Shown here: positions 19,808 through 29,699 of the stretch, one piece after another
Numbering within the stretch: position 1 is the first letter of the stretch
Layout: each line of letters begins with the position of its first letter
Assembly (NCBI GenBank): GCA_963816145.1
Contig: CAWFJP010000003.1
Coordinates: 384,001 to 448,000, forward strand
Source of the DNA: an uncultured delta proteobacterium
GTDB taxonomy: Bacteria > Desulfobacterota > Binatia > UBA9968
Length of the DNA stretch: 64,000 nucleotides
Reading direction: 5' to 3'
The notes under the pieces: model-generated
Told to the model about the DNA's origin: nothing
Databases searched by the model: none
Seen by the model: the letters and a program-made list of their open reading frames with translations, nothing else
Made by a program: the position numbers and the translations under genes

Positions 19808-21865
19808 TTAATTAAGGTTACCCAGCTGCATGACGAGATGTCCATATTGATTCACTGTAACTAAATCCCCCGGCTCCACCACGGTTGTCGACGCCGCTTC
19901 TTCGATGATCGCCGGGCCGGCGATGACGTTGCCTTGCAGCAGCTCGGCCCGGTCGTAAACAGGTACGATCACGGTGCCGGCGGCATCGAAGTTCACCATC
20001 CTTTCACCCCGCCGCGCCGCAGTCGGAGGGGTTGCGTCACCTTTCGGAATCTGCCGAAACAGCGGCTTGGTTAAACAACCGATCGCCGAGACCCGCAGAC
20101 TGACGATGTCGGCGGATTCTTCCGGCGCGCTATGGCTATAGCGCAGTTCATGGGCCACGTCGAAGCGCCGTTTCACCTCGGCACGCGCCGATTCGTCGGC
20201 GACGTTGGCTGGCATGCCGACCGCCACCGCATGCTCCTGTCCGACATAGCGCATATCGGCGGCACGCTCGAAGACGATGCGATCAAGGGCGATACCCGAT
20301 TCGAGGAGAGCCTTGCGTCCTTGGTCTTCCAACGCATTGAACTGCGCTTCCAACTCGCTCATCGCCAGATCGTCCAGGCGCTCGAACAGCGTCTGCACAT
20401 AGTCCCGGCGCAGGTCGGCCATGAGCATGCCGAGGGCGGAGAAATGGCCCGGCGCATTGGGAATGATGATCTTGGCGATGGATAATTCTTTGGCGACCGA
20501 TGCCGAATGGAGCGGCCCGCCACCGCCGTAAGCAACCAAGGTGAAGTCGCGCGGATCGAGTCCCCGCTCCAGCGTCACATGGCGCACCGTATTGGCCATC
20601 GCCGAAGTCGCCACTTGCAACATTCCGGCGGCCGCCCGCTCCAATGAGACGTTCAGCGGCCGCGCCAATTTTTCATGCAAAATCGCTTCTGCCATGGCGC
20701 GATCCAAACGCATTTCGCCGCCGAGAAACCGTTCCGGCGACAAGCGGCCAAGCACCACGTTGGCGTCGGTCACCGTCGGCTCAGTGCCGCCGCGGCCATA
20801 GCTTGCCGGTCCCGGCTCCGCCCCCGCGCTCTTGGGCCCGACATGAAGGCCGCCACCTTCGTCGAGAAATGCTATGCTGCCGCCGCCGGTGCCGACCTCG
20901 ACGATATCGAGGACGGGAATGCGGATCGCCAAACCTTCGTTGTAGCCGCCGATAAAATAATCCGGCGACAAGCTCGGTTCGCCGCGCCGAATCACGCAGG
21001 CTTTGGCGGTCGTGCCGCCCATGTCGAAAGCGATGGCCGCTTCGAGATCGAGCATCTCGCACAGCGCCATGGTGCCAACCACGCCGCCGGCCGGGCCGGA
21101 CTCCATCATCTGAATGCACTGGCGGCGCGCCATCTCGACATCCGATAGCCCGCCGTTGGACTGCATGATCATCAGATTGCCGGCGAATCTGTTTTGCTTT
21201 AAACGACGTTCGAGATCGCCGAGATATTGGCTGACCTTCGGACCGACATAGGCATTGGCCGCTACTGTCGAGGTGCGCTCGTACTCGCGATACTCGCGTG
21301 ACAGCTCGTGCGACACGCTGACGAAGAGTTTGGGCTCGGCTTCAAGTAAGATTTCGCGCATGCGCAGCTCATGTTCCGGCGCGCGATAGGAGTGGAGAAA
21401 CAGGACCGCCACGGCTTCGAAGCCTTCTTCTTTGATGATCCGTGCGACATCATGCGCTTCGTTTTCGTCGAACGGCGTGCGCAGCGAACCGTCGGCGAGC
21501 CGCCGCTCGCTCACTTCGAAGATATCTTCCCGCGGCACCAGGGGCCGATGCTTGCGGAAGCGTGGATTGAACGACTCCGGCCGGTTGATCCGGCCGATCT
21601 CGTAAACATCGCGAAAGCCCTTGGTAGTGACCAACGCCGTCTTCGCCCCCTTGCGCTCGATGACCGCGTTGACCACCACGGTGGAGCCGTGAATCAAAGT
21701 CTCGCTGTCCTCGAAGCGCACCGCCGCCTTGATCAAACCGTCCAGCACGCCGCGCGCCAACTCCGCTGGCGTCGACAACGTTTTCGCAAACGATAAATCA
21801 CCCCGCGCCTCGTCGAACACGACGACGTCGGTAAAGGTACCGCCAATGTCGACCGCCACCCTCAA
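19808..21865 (-). CDS. Hydantoinase/oxoprolinase family protein (A subunit)
   Basis: VDIGGTFTD, REYERTST, SGPAGG, DMGGTT, GTGGGS, SAGAEPGPA, RYVGQ; TTG start with GGAGG RBS. Confidence 0.93.
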   Translation of the reverse strand: MRVAVDIGGTFTDVVVFDEARGDLSFAKTLSTPAELARGVLDGLIKAAVRFEDSETLIHGSTVVVNAVIERKGAKTALVTTKGFRDVYEIGRINRPESFNPRFRKHRPLVPREDIFEVSERRLADGSLRTPFDENEAHDVARIIKEEGFEAVAVLFLHSYRAPEHELRMREILLEAEPKLFVSVSHELSREYREYERTSTVAANAYVGPKVSQYLGDLERRLKQNRFAGNLMIMQSNGGLSDVEMARRQCIQMMESGPAGGVVGTMALCEMLDLEAAIAFDMGGTTAKACVIRRGEPSLSPDYFIGGYNEGLAIRIPVLDIVEVGTGGGSIAFLDEGGGLHVGPKSAGAEPGPASYGRGGTEPTVTDANVVLGRLSPERFLGGEMRLDRAMAEAILHEKLARPLNVSLERAAAGMLQVATSAMANTVRHVTLERGLDPRDFTLVAYGGGGPLHSASVAKELSIAKIIIPNAPGHFSALGMLMADLRRDYVQTLFERLDDLAMSELEAQFNALEDQGRKALLESGIALDRIVFERAADMRYVGQEHAVAVGMPANVADESARAEVKRRFDVAHELRYSHSAPEESADIVSLRVSAIGCLTKPLFRQIPKGDATPPTAARRGERMVNFDAAGTVIVPVYDRAELLQGNVIAGPAIIEEAASTTVVEPGDLVTVNQYGHLVMQLGNLN

Positions 21866-21898
21866 TTCAAGAACCTCCCGTTAACTCCGCCTCACCGG

Positions 21899-22009
21899 GT
21901 TCCAATAGTTCCAAAGGTTCCAGTCGTTCCACGTAGTCAGAAAAACGAACACAATCCCCTAATCTCCGAATACACTTGGAACACCTGGAACCGCTGGAAC
22001 ATTTGGAAC
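21899..22009. repeat. GTTCCA/TGGAAC 9-mer-arm inverted element
   Basis: 4 x GTTCCAnnn, a loop containing TCAGA and TCCGA, then 4 x TGGAACnnn. Confidence 0.85.
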
Positions 22010-22028
22010 GCGCAGCGTTAACGCCGCG

Positions 22029-22382
22029 CTAGCCGCATCGATGGTTCGCCAAATATTCGCCGAGCCACTTATTCCATGCCAGGTCGATCTCACGCAGCAC
22101 CGCGGCATGCGCCTGATCGCCGAGCGCCGGTTCAACCAGAGCGACGATGCGCAGATCGACCTCGGCGAGATGCGGATCGGCGCAAAAGTGATTGCGCAGA
22201 ACCACCACACCTTCGGCCTCCAACTCGCCGAGCGCCTGATCCATCTCGGTCTTGCCGATGTTAGATCGCCGCAGCCCGGCCAAAACCTCGGTGGCAAAGC
22301 GTGCCTTCTTGCCGCGGCCGCTCAGAACCTCGAGCACGGCGTTCTTCGCGCTGCCCAAGTTAATGCTCGCGTGCTCCGACAT
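22029..22382 (-). CDS. Hypothetical protein (possible winged helix; His/Cys motifs)
   Basis: 117-aa ORF co-oriented with its neighbours; ALGELEAEGVV helix-wing pattern, HFCADPH, C-terminal NHRCG. Confidence 0.7.
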   Translation of the reverse strand: MSEHASINLGSAKNAVLEVLSGRGKKARFATEVLAGLRRSNIGKTEMDQALGELEAEGVVVLRNHFCADPHLAEVDLRIVALVEPALGDQAHAAVLREIDLAWNKWLGEYLANHRCG

Positions 22383-22387
22383 CGTTC

Positions 22388-22474
22388 AATTCCAGATTCC
22401 AAATTCCATATTACAAATCGACGCAAAACCAGATTGCCGTCCAAACAATTTGGAATCTGTAATCTGGAATTTGT
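22388..22474. repeat. ATTCCAR heptamer inverted element
   Basis: attccag attccaa attccat attacaa ... atttgga atctgta atctgga atttg. Confidence 0.8.
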
Positions 22475-22477
22475 CAT

Positions 22478-23455
22478 TCATTGAATCTTATATCCGAGCT
22501 CGCGCGCCACTTCCTTGGCGATGCGGTCGTCGGCGATCTCGTCGAAGGCGACTTTGCGGTCGGTGAATTGTCCACTGGCTTGGAGCGACTTCATGATCAA
22601 ATCCATGCCGTCATGGGTAGGCACGCCGCTGCCGCTGACAGTTTTCTTGTAAACCGCATAGGTGTCCTCGGCCGCTTCTTTGTCGACTTGGAGATATTTC
22701 AGGATCAGCGCCACCGCCTTCTCGCGCGACCGGAGAATTTCCTGCTTGGCGAGCTGCATGCCGCGCAGCACCCGCTTCACTTCGTCCGGACGGTTGCGGA
22801 TTGTCGCCTGCATGGTGGTCAGGCCGCCGAGCGGCATCTTCACGCGCGAGCCGACGTCGAGCACTTCTCTGAACTTTTTCTTCTTGGCGTAGAAATCGAA
22901 CGGCGGGCTGAACATCGCGGCGTCAACGGTGCCGGTATCCAGCGCCGGCAGCAACTGCGGCGCGCCGAGAACCACGTATGCAAAATTCTTGGGATTCTCG
23001 CCGGCGGCTTCCAAGGCGATTTGCAGCGCCACATGCTGCGTGCCGCCGAGCCCGGTGACGCCGATCTTCTTACCACGCAGTTCGCGCAGGTTTTGAAACT
23101 CCGAGCGCGCCATCAGCGAGTAGATCAACTGGTCCGAGGCGAACCAGACGCCACGCGATGGCATGCCGCGCAAGGTCGCGCTTACCGAAGCCGGCCCGAC
23201 GCCGGAGAAATATTGGATCTCATTGGCCATCAACGCCATATTGCCAACTTGGGATCGAATCTGCACGATCTCGACGTGCAAACCATTCTCCTCGAAGATC
23301 TTCCACTGAATGCCGCCGTACAACGCCAGACAGCAAATCCCACCGCTAGGATAAGCGATGCGCACCCGAGTCAGCTTGTCCTGCGCCAGCACCGGTCGGC
23401 TGGCCATTGCTAGAACGAAAAAGAGCGCAACTCTAAGCCATAACTTGTTCATCAT
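22478..23455 (-). CDS. ABC substrate-binding protein (NMT1/THI5 family)
   Basis: Signal peptide VLAQD; IFEENGLHVE; LRGKKIGV. Confidence 0.9.
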   Translation of the reverse strand: MMNKLWLRVALFFVLAMASRPVLAQDKLTRVRIAYPSGGICCLALYGGIQWKIFEENGLHVEIVQIRSQVGNMALMANEIQYFSGVGPASVSATLRGMPSRGVWFASDQLIYSLMARSEFQNLRELRGKKIGVTGLGGTQHVALQIALEAAGENPKNFAYVVLGAPQLLPALDTGTVDAAMFSPPFDFYAKKKKFREVLDVGSRVKMPLGGLTTMQATIRNRPDEVKRVLRGMQLAKQEILRSREKAVALILKYLQVDKEAAEDTYAVYKKTVSGSGVPTHDGMDLIMKSLQASGQFTDRKVAFDEIADDRIAKEVARELGYKIQ

Positions 23456-23517
23456 ACAGCGGCTCTCCCATATCCCTTCCGCACTCCATTCTCCATTCTC
23501 AATTGTCCATTATCAAT

Positions 23518-24516
23518 TTATTGACGATAGCGTTTCGCCATCTCATCGAAGAACTTCTCGTTCTCCAGCTCTTGCAGCAAGCTCAGATCGACGAACTGCT
23601 CCGGCTTGGCCGTCTTGGCCTGCGGCACTCCCGGCCCGGACATGTCTACCAAGTTCTGAATCCCTTTCATGGTCGGATAGGGCTTCTTGGGTGTGCGCTT
23701 CAAATAATGCTGGTAGGAATAGTCGAGCACCTCGCTGTCGTTGGTGCGCATATACTTGGCCAGACTTTTAACCGTTGCTGGTTTATTGACGAAGGCAAAA
23801 TAGATCCCTTCGACGTAAGCCTTGAGCGCCGATTTGACGGTGTCGCGATTGCTTTTGATGTAGCTGCGCGCGGTCGCCAGGCCGCTGCCTTGGACTTCAA
23901 AGCCGATGTCGGCCATCTGAATCACCTCGACAAGTCCCGCCTTCACCGCCTGAGGCACCTCGGACGGATTGAAAAACGTTGCATCGACCCGGCCCGCGCT
24001 CATGGCGGCAAGGCGTTCCGGTCCGGTGCCTGTGGAGACGAAGGCGACATCCTTGCCTGGATCGAGATTGTATCGTTTGAAAAGTATCAACGCCGCATTA
24101 TGGGTTGCTGAGCCGAAACCGCTGATGCCGAATCTTTTGCCCTTCAACTGCTCGACCCGGCTGGCAACGCCGGGGCGGGCGAAGACACTTTGATCGTAAG
24201 AATTCTCCACCGAGCCGACCAATACGATGTCATGTCCTTGCAGATTGGCGATAATCACATTGCCGATGGTGACGATCGGCGGGTCGCCGCCGGTGAGCGC
24301 CTGGATAGCCACCTGACCGCCGCGTAAAAAGATCAGCTCGACATCGAGGCCATATTTTTTGAAAAGCCCCTCATCCTTGGCAATCCAGAGCTGCGCCTGG
24401 CGCGAGCTGATCGATGGATAGCCGATACGGATCTTTTGCAGCGGCTGCGCGGGCGCTCGTGTCGAAACGCTAAGCACCAATACGGCAACCAACCCTAGCG
24501 CAAGAAGAAACCTCAT
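23518..24516 (-). CDS. ABC substrate-binding protein (NMT1/THI5 family)
   Basis: Signal peptide APAQP; GLFKKYGLDVE; LKGKRFGISGFGS. Confidence 0.9.
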   Translation of the reverse strand: MRFLLALGLVAVLVLSVSTRAPAQPLQKIRIGYPSISSRQAQLWIAKDEGLFKKYGLDVELIFLRGGQVAIQALTGGDPPIVTIGNVIIANLQGHDIVLVGSVENSYDQSVFARPGVASRVEQLKGKRFGISGFGSATHNAALILFKRYNLDPGKDVAFVSTGTGPERLAAMSAGRVDATFFNPSEVPQAVKAGLVEVIQMADIGFEVQGSGLATARSYIKSNRDTVKSALKAYVEGIYFAFVNKPATVKSLAKYMRTNDSEVLDYSYQHYLKRTPKKPYPTMKGIQNLVDMSGPGVPQAKTAKPEQFVDLSLLQELENEKFFDEMAKRYRQ

Positions 24517-24727
24517 AGATTACCCTCTGATGTATGCCATCACTCGTAAACGGTCAAATGTTCACCTGATCCTCAATCAATAATTTGAGCACCGCCCATC
24601 TGATATACATCATCGGAGTGTGTCATTTCGAGTAAAGCGAGAAATCTCTCCCACTCACCGCCCAATGACTGGATACTCAACGCCGCGACTGTCGCTCGGT
24701 TGACAGGGTTATTTCCTGCATGTTTAC

Positions 24728-25687
24728 ATGCCGGTCATGCGGATCAAACTCATTATCCTCGCGTTCGTCCTGTTCGCTAACGTCTCAACGGCGTTTAGCC
24801 AATTGAAAAAGGTTCGCTTCTCAGTCGCGGCTCCCTCCATCGCCGAGATGCCGTTCCGCATCGCCCAGATCAAGGGCTTTTACCGCGAAGAAGGGCTCGA
24901 CGTCGAGGTCATCTTCATCCGCGGTGCCGTCGGCATGCAAGCCTTGCTCGGCGGCTCTGTGGATTTCTCCTCGGCATCGGGTTCGACCATCGCCGCCGCT
25001 GTGCGCGGCATTCCGGTCAAACTGGTCTTCATCGCTTCGGCCAAGCCGCAGTTCGACATGGTCGCGCTTAAAGACATTCGTTCCATCGCCGACTTGAAAG
25101 GCAAATTTGTCGGTATCTCGTCGCGCGGCGGCGCCGTCGATCTGCTAACCCAACTCATGGTGCAAAAAAATGGCTTGGTGCCGAACAAAGATGTCACCAG
25201 CCTGGTCATCGGCGGCCAGGAAGACACCGTGTTGGCGCTGCGCACCGGACGGATCGCCGCGGCGTTGTTGACGCCGCCGCGCCCGCTCATGCTGGCGCGT
25301 GAAGGTTTCAACCGCATCGGCTATTCGGGCGACTACATGCCGACCTACCCGAGCGGCGGCATCGGCGTCACCGACGATATCATTAGGAACAAGCCCAACG
25401 AACTGTACGCCTTCGTCAAGGGCAGCGTGCGCGGCCTGCAGTTCGCCCGCCAGAACCGCGCCGAGGCGAAAAAACTCCTAGCCGATTACTTTGCCCTCAA
25501 GGACGCCGCCCTCGCCGATCAATTTTTCGAACTGTACCTTAGCCGCCTGCCGGTGAACGGCTCGGCTGACGACGCCTGGATGAAAGGCGCCATCGAATTT
25601 ACCCAGAAGAGCTTGGGCGACGCCGCTAAGGAGGCGACTCCCAGTCAAGTTTTCGATTTCAGTTTCGTGAACAAAGCAGCGCGCTAA
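24728..25687 (+). CDS. ABC substrate-binding protein (NMT1/THI5 family)
   Basis: Signal peptide AFSQ; GFYREEGLDVE; DLKGKFVGISSRG. Confidence 0.9.
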   Translation: MPVMRIKLIILAFVLFANVSTAFSQLKKVRFSVAAPSIAEMPFRIAQIKGFYREEGLDVEVIFIRGAVGMQALLGGSVDFSSASGSTIAAAVRGIPVKLVFIASAKPQFDMVALKDIRSIADLKGKFVGISSRGGAVDLLTQLMVQKNGLVPNKDVTSLVIGGQEDTVLALRTGRIAAALLTPPRPLMLAREGFNRIGYSGDYMPTYPSGGIGVTDDIIRNKPNELYAFVKGSVRGLQFARQNRAEAKKLLADYFALKDAALADQFFELYLSRLPVNGSADDAWMKGAIEFTQKSLGDAAKEATPSQVFDFSFVNKAAR

Positions 25688-25736
25688 TCGCTCGCATTAT
25701 CTTCCGCAAAGAACACCAAGTACGCAAAGTCATGTT

Positions 25737-25814
25737 CACCACGAAGACACGAAGGACACGAAGTTTTCGGAATATTAATCTCCGACCTTCGTGCTCTTCG
25801 TGCCCTTCGTGGTG
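25737..25814. repeat. CACGAAG/CTTCGTG 9-mer-arm inverted element, copy 1
   Basis: caccacgaagacacgaaggacacgaag-ttttcggaatattaatctccgac-cttcgtgctcttcgtgcccttcgtggtg. Confidence 0.9.
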
Positions 25815-25833
25815 AGTACTGTCCGGCAAACCA

Positions 25834-27448
25834 ATGAACCAAAAACACACACCCGTTCTCATCGCCGGCGCCGGCCCGGTCGGCTTGGCCCTCGCCATCG
25901 AGCTTTCCTATCGCGGCATTCGCTGCCTGGTCGTCGAGCAGAGCGACGGCTCGGTAGATTTTCCCACGACCAACCTCGCCAATACCCGCACCTGCGAGCA
26001 CCTGCGCCGCTGGGGTTTCGCCGATCGCATGCGCTTCGAGTCGGGCTACCCAACCGACTATCCGCGCAACTATCTGTTCGTCTCGCGCATGGACGGTTTC
26101 GAGATCGCCCGCTTCGACCATCCAGCCAACGGCGCGCCCGACTCGCGCTCGCCTTACAGCCCCGAAGGACGGTTGTGGATTTCCAAACCCTACTTCGATC
26201 CGGTCCTGCGCAACCATGTCGCGACCCTGCCGCAAGTCGAACTGCGTTATCGCACCGAGTTCAGATCCTTCGAGCAAAGCTCCGACAAGGTGATCGCGAC
26301 GATCGTCGACGTCAAATCCGGGAACGAAGAATTTATCGAGGCTGACTATCTGGTCGGCTGCGACGGCGGCCGCAGCAATATCAGGCGCGCCCTTGGGATC
26401 AAGTACGAGGGGGTTTTTTCTCAAGGCATGAACGTCGCCGTGCTGTTTCGCTCGCCATTTCTCAGCTTAATCAAGCATGGCCCGGCGGTGCAGTATCAGA
26501 TCATCAATGCCCAGATCAACGGTGCCATCGCCGCAGTCGACGGCAAAGAGTTGTGGCGTTTGAATGTGCGCAATGTGTTGCAGGAGCAGATCGACAGTAT
26601 GAACGCGCCAGAGAAACTGCGCGCTGCACTCGGCCCCGACATTCCTTTCGAGTTACTCGCCGTTCGCCCGTGGACCGGCCACTGCGTGGTTGCCGACAGC
26701 TACCAGCAAGGTCGCGTCTTTCTCGCCGGCGATGCCGCCCACTTGAACTGGCCCGCGGGCGGCTTCGGCATGAACACCGGGGTCGGCGACGCCGTCGACA
26801 TCGGCTGGAAGCTTGCCGCTGTCTTGCAAGGCTGGGGCGGAAAGAATCTGTTGAATAGCTACACCGCCGAGAGAAAACCCATCGCCATGATCAACGTCAA
26901 CGAAGCCGCGGAGATGCGCGCCAACTTCGACAACCAAACGCCCTTCTCGCCAAAGATCAGCGAAGACAGCGACGACGGCAAAACGCTACGCGAAAAAGCG
27001 CACGCCGCGATCATGCGCACCCGCGCCAAAGAATTTCAGCATGACTCCGCCGGCATCGAGTTGGGCTATCGCTACGAGAACTCGCCCATCTGTGTCGCCG
27101 ACGGCACGTCGGCACCGGAACTCGATCACGGCCTCTACGTCCCGTCCACCTGGCCCGGCGCCCGCGCGCCGCACATCTGGCTGAAAGACGGACGCTCGAC
27201 GCTCGATCTCTTACGGCAAGAGTTTCGTCTTGGTGAATTTCTCCGGCACGAACACGAAAACGATCGCCGATGCAGCCCAGCGCATAGGCGTGCCATTGGA
27301 CGTTGTGAATATCAACGAAGCGAAGGTGCGCGAGATTTACGAACGTGATTTAGTCTTAGTCCGTCCCGACGGCCATGTCGCATGGCGCGGCAACTCGGTG
27401 CCGGCTAATTCGAGCGCGATATTGAACAAAGTGCGCGGAGCGGCCTAG
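25834..27448 (+). CDS. FAD-dependent monooxygenase (FAD_binding_3), frameshifted near 27211
   Basis: GAGPVG, GCDGGRS, LAGDAAH, GMNTG, PGARAPH. The C-terminal LVRPDGHVAWRG lies in the next frame, consistent with one extra base at about 27211. Confidence 0.88.
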
Positions 27449-27477
27449 CAGAATAATTGATCCAATCCGATCTTACT

Positions 27478-27578
27478 TCCTCTCCCTTGACGGGAGAGGA
27501 CAGAGGTGAGGGTGCCCATCAAATTCAATGACGAGCGAAGCACTCCTATCCTAGCCTTTCGCCGTCGAGGGGAAAGGA
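27478..27578. repeat. CCTCTCCC...GGGAGAGG-type palindromic element
   Basis: tcctctcccttgacgggagagga cagaggtgagggtg ... cactcctatcctagcctttcgccgtcgaggggaaagga. Confidence 0.75.
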
Positions 27579-27583
27579 ATGAA

Positions 27584-28594
27584 ATGCAAAATACTATGAA
27601 CAGAAACATCAAAAGACTATTACTGACCGGATTGCTGGCACTAACCTTCGCTTCCCCCGCCCAAGCCGCCACTAAAGTTTCCTTTCCATATACGCCCATC
27701 GGCGTCGCCAGTTGGCCCTGGTGGATCGCCAAGGATGCTGGCTACTTCGAAAAGCAGGGACTCGATGTCGACATGATCTACGTCGGCGCTTCCCCGGTGA
27801 TCGTCCAAGCCATGCTCGGCGGCCAAGCTGGAGTGGGTGCCGGCGGCGGCACGCCCTTGGTCACTAACGTCCTGCAAGGCGGCGATGTCGTTCAAGTCGC
27901 CACCATGGTCCCCTACGCTATCCAATCCTTGATAGTCCGTTCCGATATCAAGACGACAAAAGAGCTGTCCGGTAAAAAGATTGGCGTCAGCCGCTTGGGC
28001 GCGATCCCGCACTTCACCTTGCAGGCGATCACCAAGCTCTACAACGTCCAAGGCGTCAACGTCGTTCAGACCGGAACGACGGCTCAAGGCGTGGCGAGCC
28101 TGTCCCAAGGTTTGATCGACGGCGTCATCACCTCCGCGCCGAATACGTTTAGATTGATTAAAGACGGCTACCGCGAGCTAGTCAGCCCGAAGGATTTCAG
28201 GAAACTAAACTTTGAATTCTTGATCAACGGCCTGGTCGCCCGCCGCTCTTTCGGCGCCAAGAACCGCGAGATCGTCATCGGAATGATTAAAGCGACCATG
28301 GAAGGCACGAAGAGAATGTTTACGGACGAGAAGTATTCGAAAGCGATCCTCGCCAAATACACCCGCCAATCCGAAGCCGAAGTGCTCGAACAAAGCTACC
28401 GCTTCGCCCTCGACATCTACGTCAAAGACCCGACGGTTACGGCAAGTTCAATCCAACCCATCGTCCAACAAGCCGCCGAGTGGCAGCAGATCGATGCCAA
28501 ACTTGCGGCGTCGACGCCGACTAGCGCGTACTACGACAACAGCTACATCGAAGAGATCAAGAAGTCGGGGTTCTTTGCGCAGCTGTGGCGATAG
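27584..28594 (+). CDS. ABC substrate-binding protein (NMT1/THI5 family)
   Basis: Signal peptide AQAAT; GYFEKQGLDV; LSGKKIGVSRLG; start is ATG 27584 or 27596. Confidence 0.9.
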   Translation: MQNTMNRNIKRLLLTGLLALTFASPAQAATKVSFPYTPIGVASWPWWIAKDAGYFEKQGLDVDMIYVGASPVIVQAMLGGQAGVGAGGGTPLVTNVLQGGDVVQVATMVPYAIQSLIVRSDIKTTKELSGKKIGVSRLGAIPHFTLQAITKLYNVQGVNVVQTGTTAQGVASLSQGLIDGVITSAPNTFRLIKDGYRELVSPKDFRKLNFEFLINGLVARRSFGAKNREIVIGMIKATMEGTKRMFTDEKYSKAILAKYTRQSEAEVLEQSYRFALDIYVKDPTVTASSIQPIVQQAAEWQQIDAKLAASTPTSAYYDNSYIEEIKKSGFFAQLWR

Positions 28595-28640
28595 GGCGTT
28601 TGCAACTTGGTGATCAGCCCGTTCGACAGGAGGAACCGCG

Positions 28641-29084
28641 ATGTTGCCGGCCTTCAACGAAGCAGGAGATTTGCCACCTGGCGTGTATACCGCCTCATTG
28701 GGAGAAGTGCTGGAACGCTTTGGTTCTGGGTCCGCTCAGCGGAGCATGGTCGCAGATCGCCTGACCCGTATCTATCAACTCGCGGTATAGACCGGCCATT
28801 TAGCGCGATTTATCGTTTTTGGTTCGTTCATTACTGCCAAATCCCAGCCAAACGACGTTGACGTCGTCCTGCTGATGGAGGATCGGTTCGACCTGGCTGC
28901 CGTAACCGATGAGGCAACGCTACTGTTTCAACACTTGGAAGCACAGGCCCGCTTTGGAGCGAGCGTGTTCTGGGTCCGCCGCACTGGAACTTTGGGAGGA
29001 GAGTCGGCCATGATAGAATACTGGCAAACTCGCCGTGAGGGCGGGCAACGTGGTATTGTTGAGATCCGAACGGAGGACATATGA
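28641..29084 (+). pseudogene. DUF6932-like nucleotidyltransferase-fold protein with in-frame TAG
   Basis: Manual translation MLPAFNEAGDLPPGVY...QLAV*TGHLARFIVFGSFITAKSQPNDVDV...KGIVEI-like tail (RGIVEI). AGGAGG RBS; TAG at 28788..28790 (codon 50). Confidence 0.8.
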
Positions 29085-29287
29085 TTGCCAACGATCAACA
29101 ACTTAAAAAAACCTTGGAACGCATTGCATGGTTTCAAGATCAAGTAACCCATCTACGTAGAACGGAAACCAATCCGACAAACTATCGTGCAGCAGTATCC
29201 GGCTTCCTAACCGAAATCGACCGCATGCAGCTAGAGGTTCGTGAATATCTCAGTGTTCTGCCAGCTGAGAAAGGACGGGCAGCCTGA
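29081..29287 (+). CDS. Small helical protein, putative antitoxin partner
   Basis: ATGA overlap with the upstream gene, GGAGG RBS; MIANDQQL...EVREY pattern. Confidence 0.75.
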   Translation: MIANDQQLKKTLERIAWFQDQVTHLRRTETNPTNYRAAVSGFLTEIDRMQLEVREYLSVLPAEKGRAA

Positions 29288-29650
29288 CTGGGCGCTCACC
29301 GTTCCTTCTCCTCGAAAAACCGCGAGATCGTCATCGAAATGATTAAAGCGCCCATGGAATGCACGAAGAGAATGTTTACGGATGAGAAGTATTCGAAAGC
29401 GATCCTCGCCAAATACACCCGTCAATCCGAAGCCGAAGTGCTCGACCAAAGCGACCGCTTCGCCCTCGACATCTACGTCAAAGACCCGACCGTAACGGCA
29501 AGTTCAATCCAACCCATCGTCCAGCAAGCCGCCGATTGGCAGCAGATCGATGCTAAACTCGCGGCGTCGACACCGACCAGCGCGTACTATGACAACAGCT
29601 ATATAGAAGAGATTAAAAAGTCAGGTTTTTTTCCCCAGATTTGGCGATGA
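29288..29650 (+). pseudogene. Duplicated 3' third of the SBP gene at 27584..28594
   Basis: Near-identical to 28232..28594 (KNREIVI...KKSGFF..WR); no 5' part. Confidence 0.92.
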
Positions 29651-29699
29651 AGCAGCGGTTTAATTCCTGCGGATTTAGTTTTGTCCTGCCAACCCCAAC

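Noticed and set aside
28788-28790. TAG as pyrrolysine or a recoded codon
   Set aside because: TAG terminates many genes in this window and no pyl genes are present; a nonsense mutation or base error is simpler.
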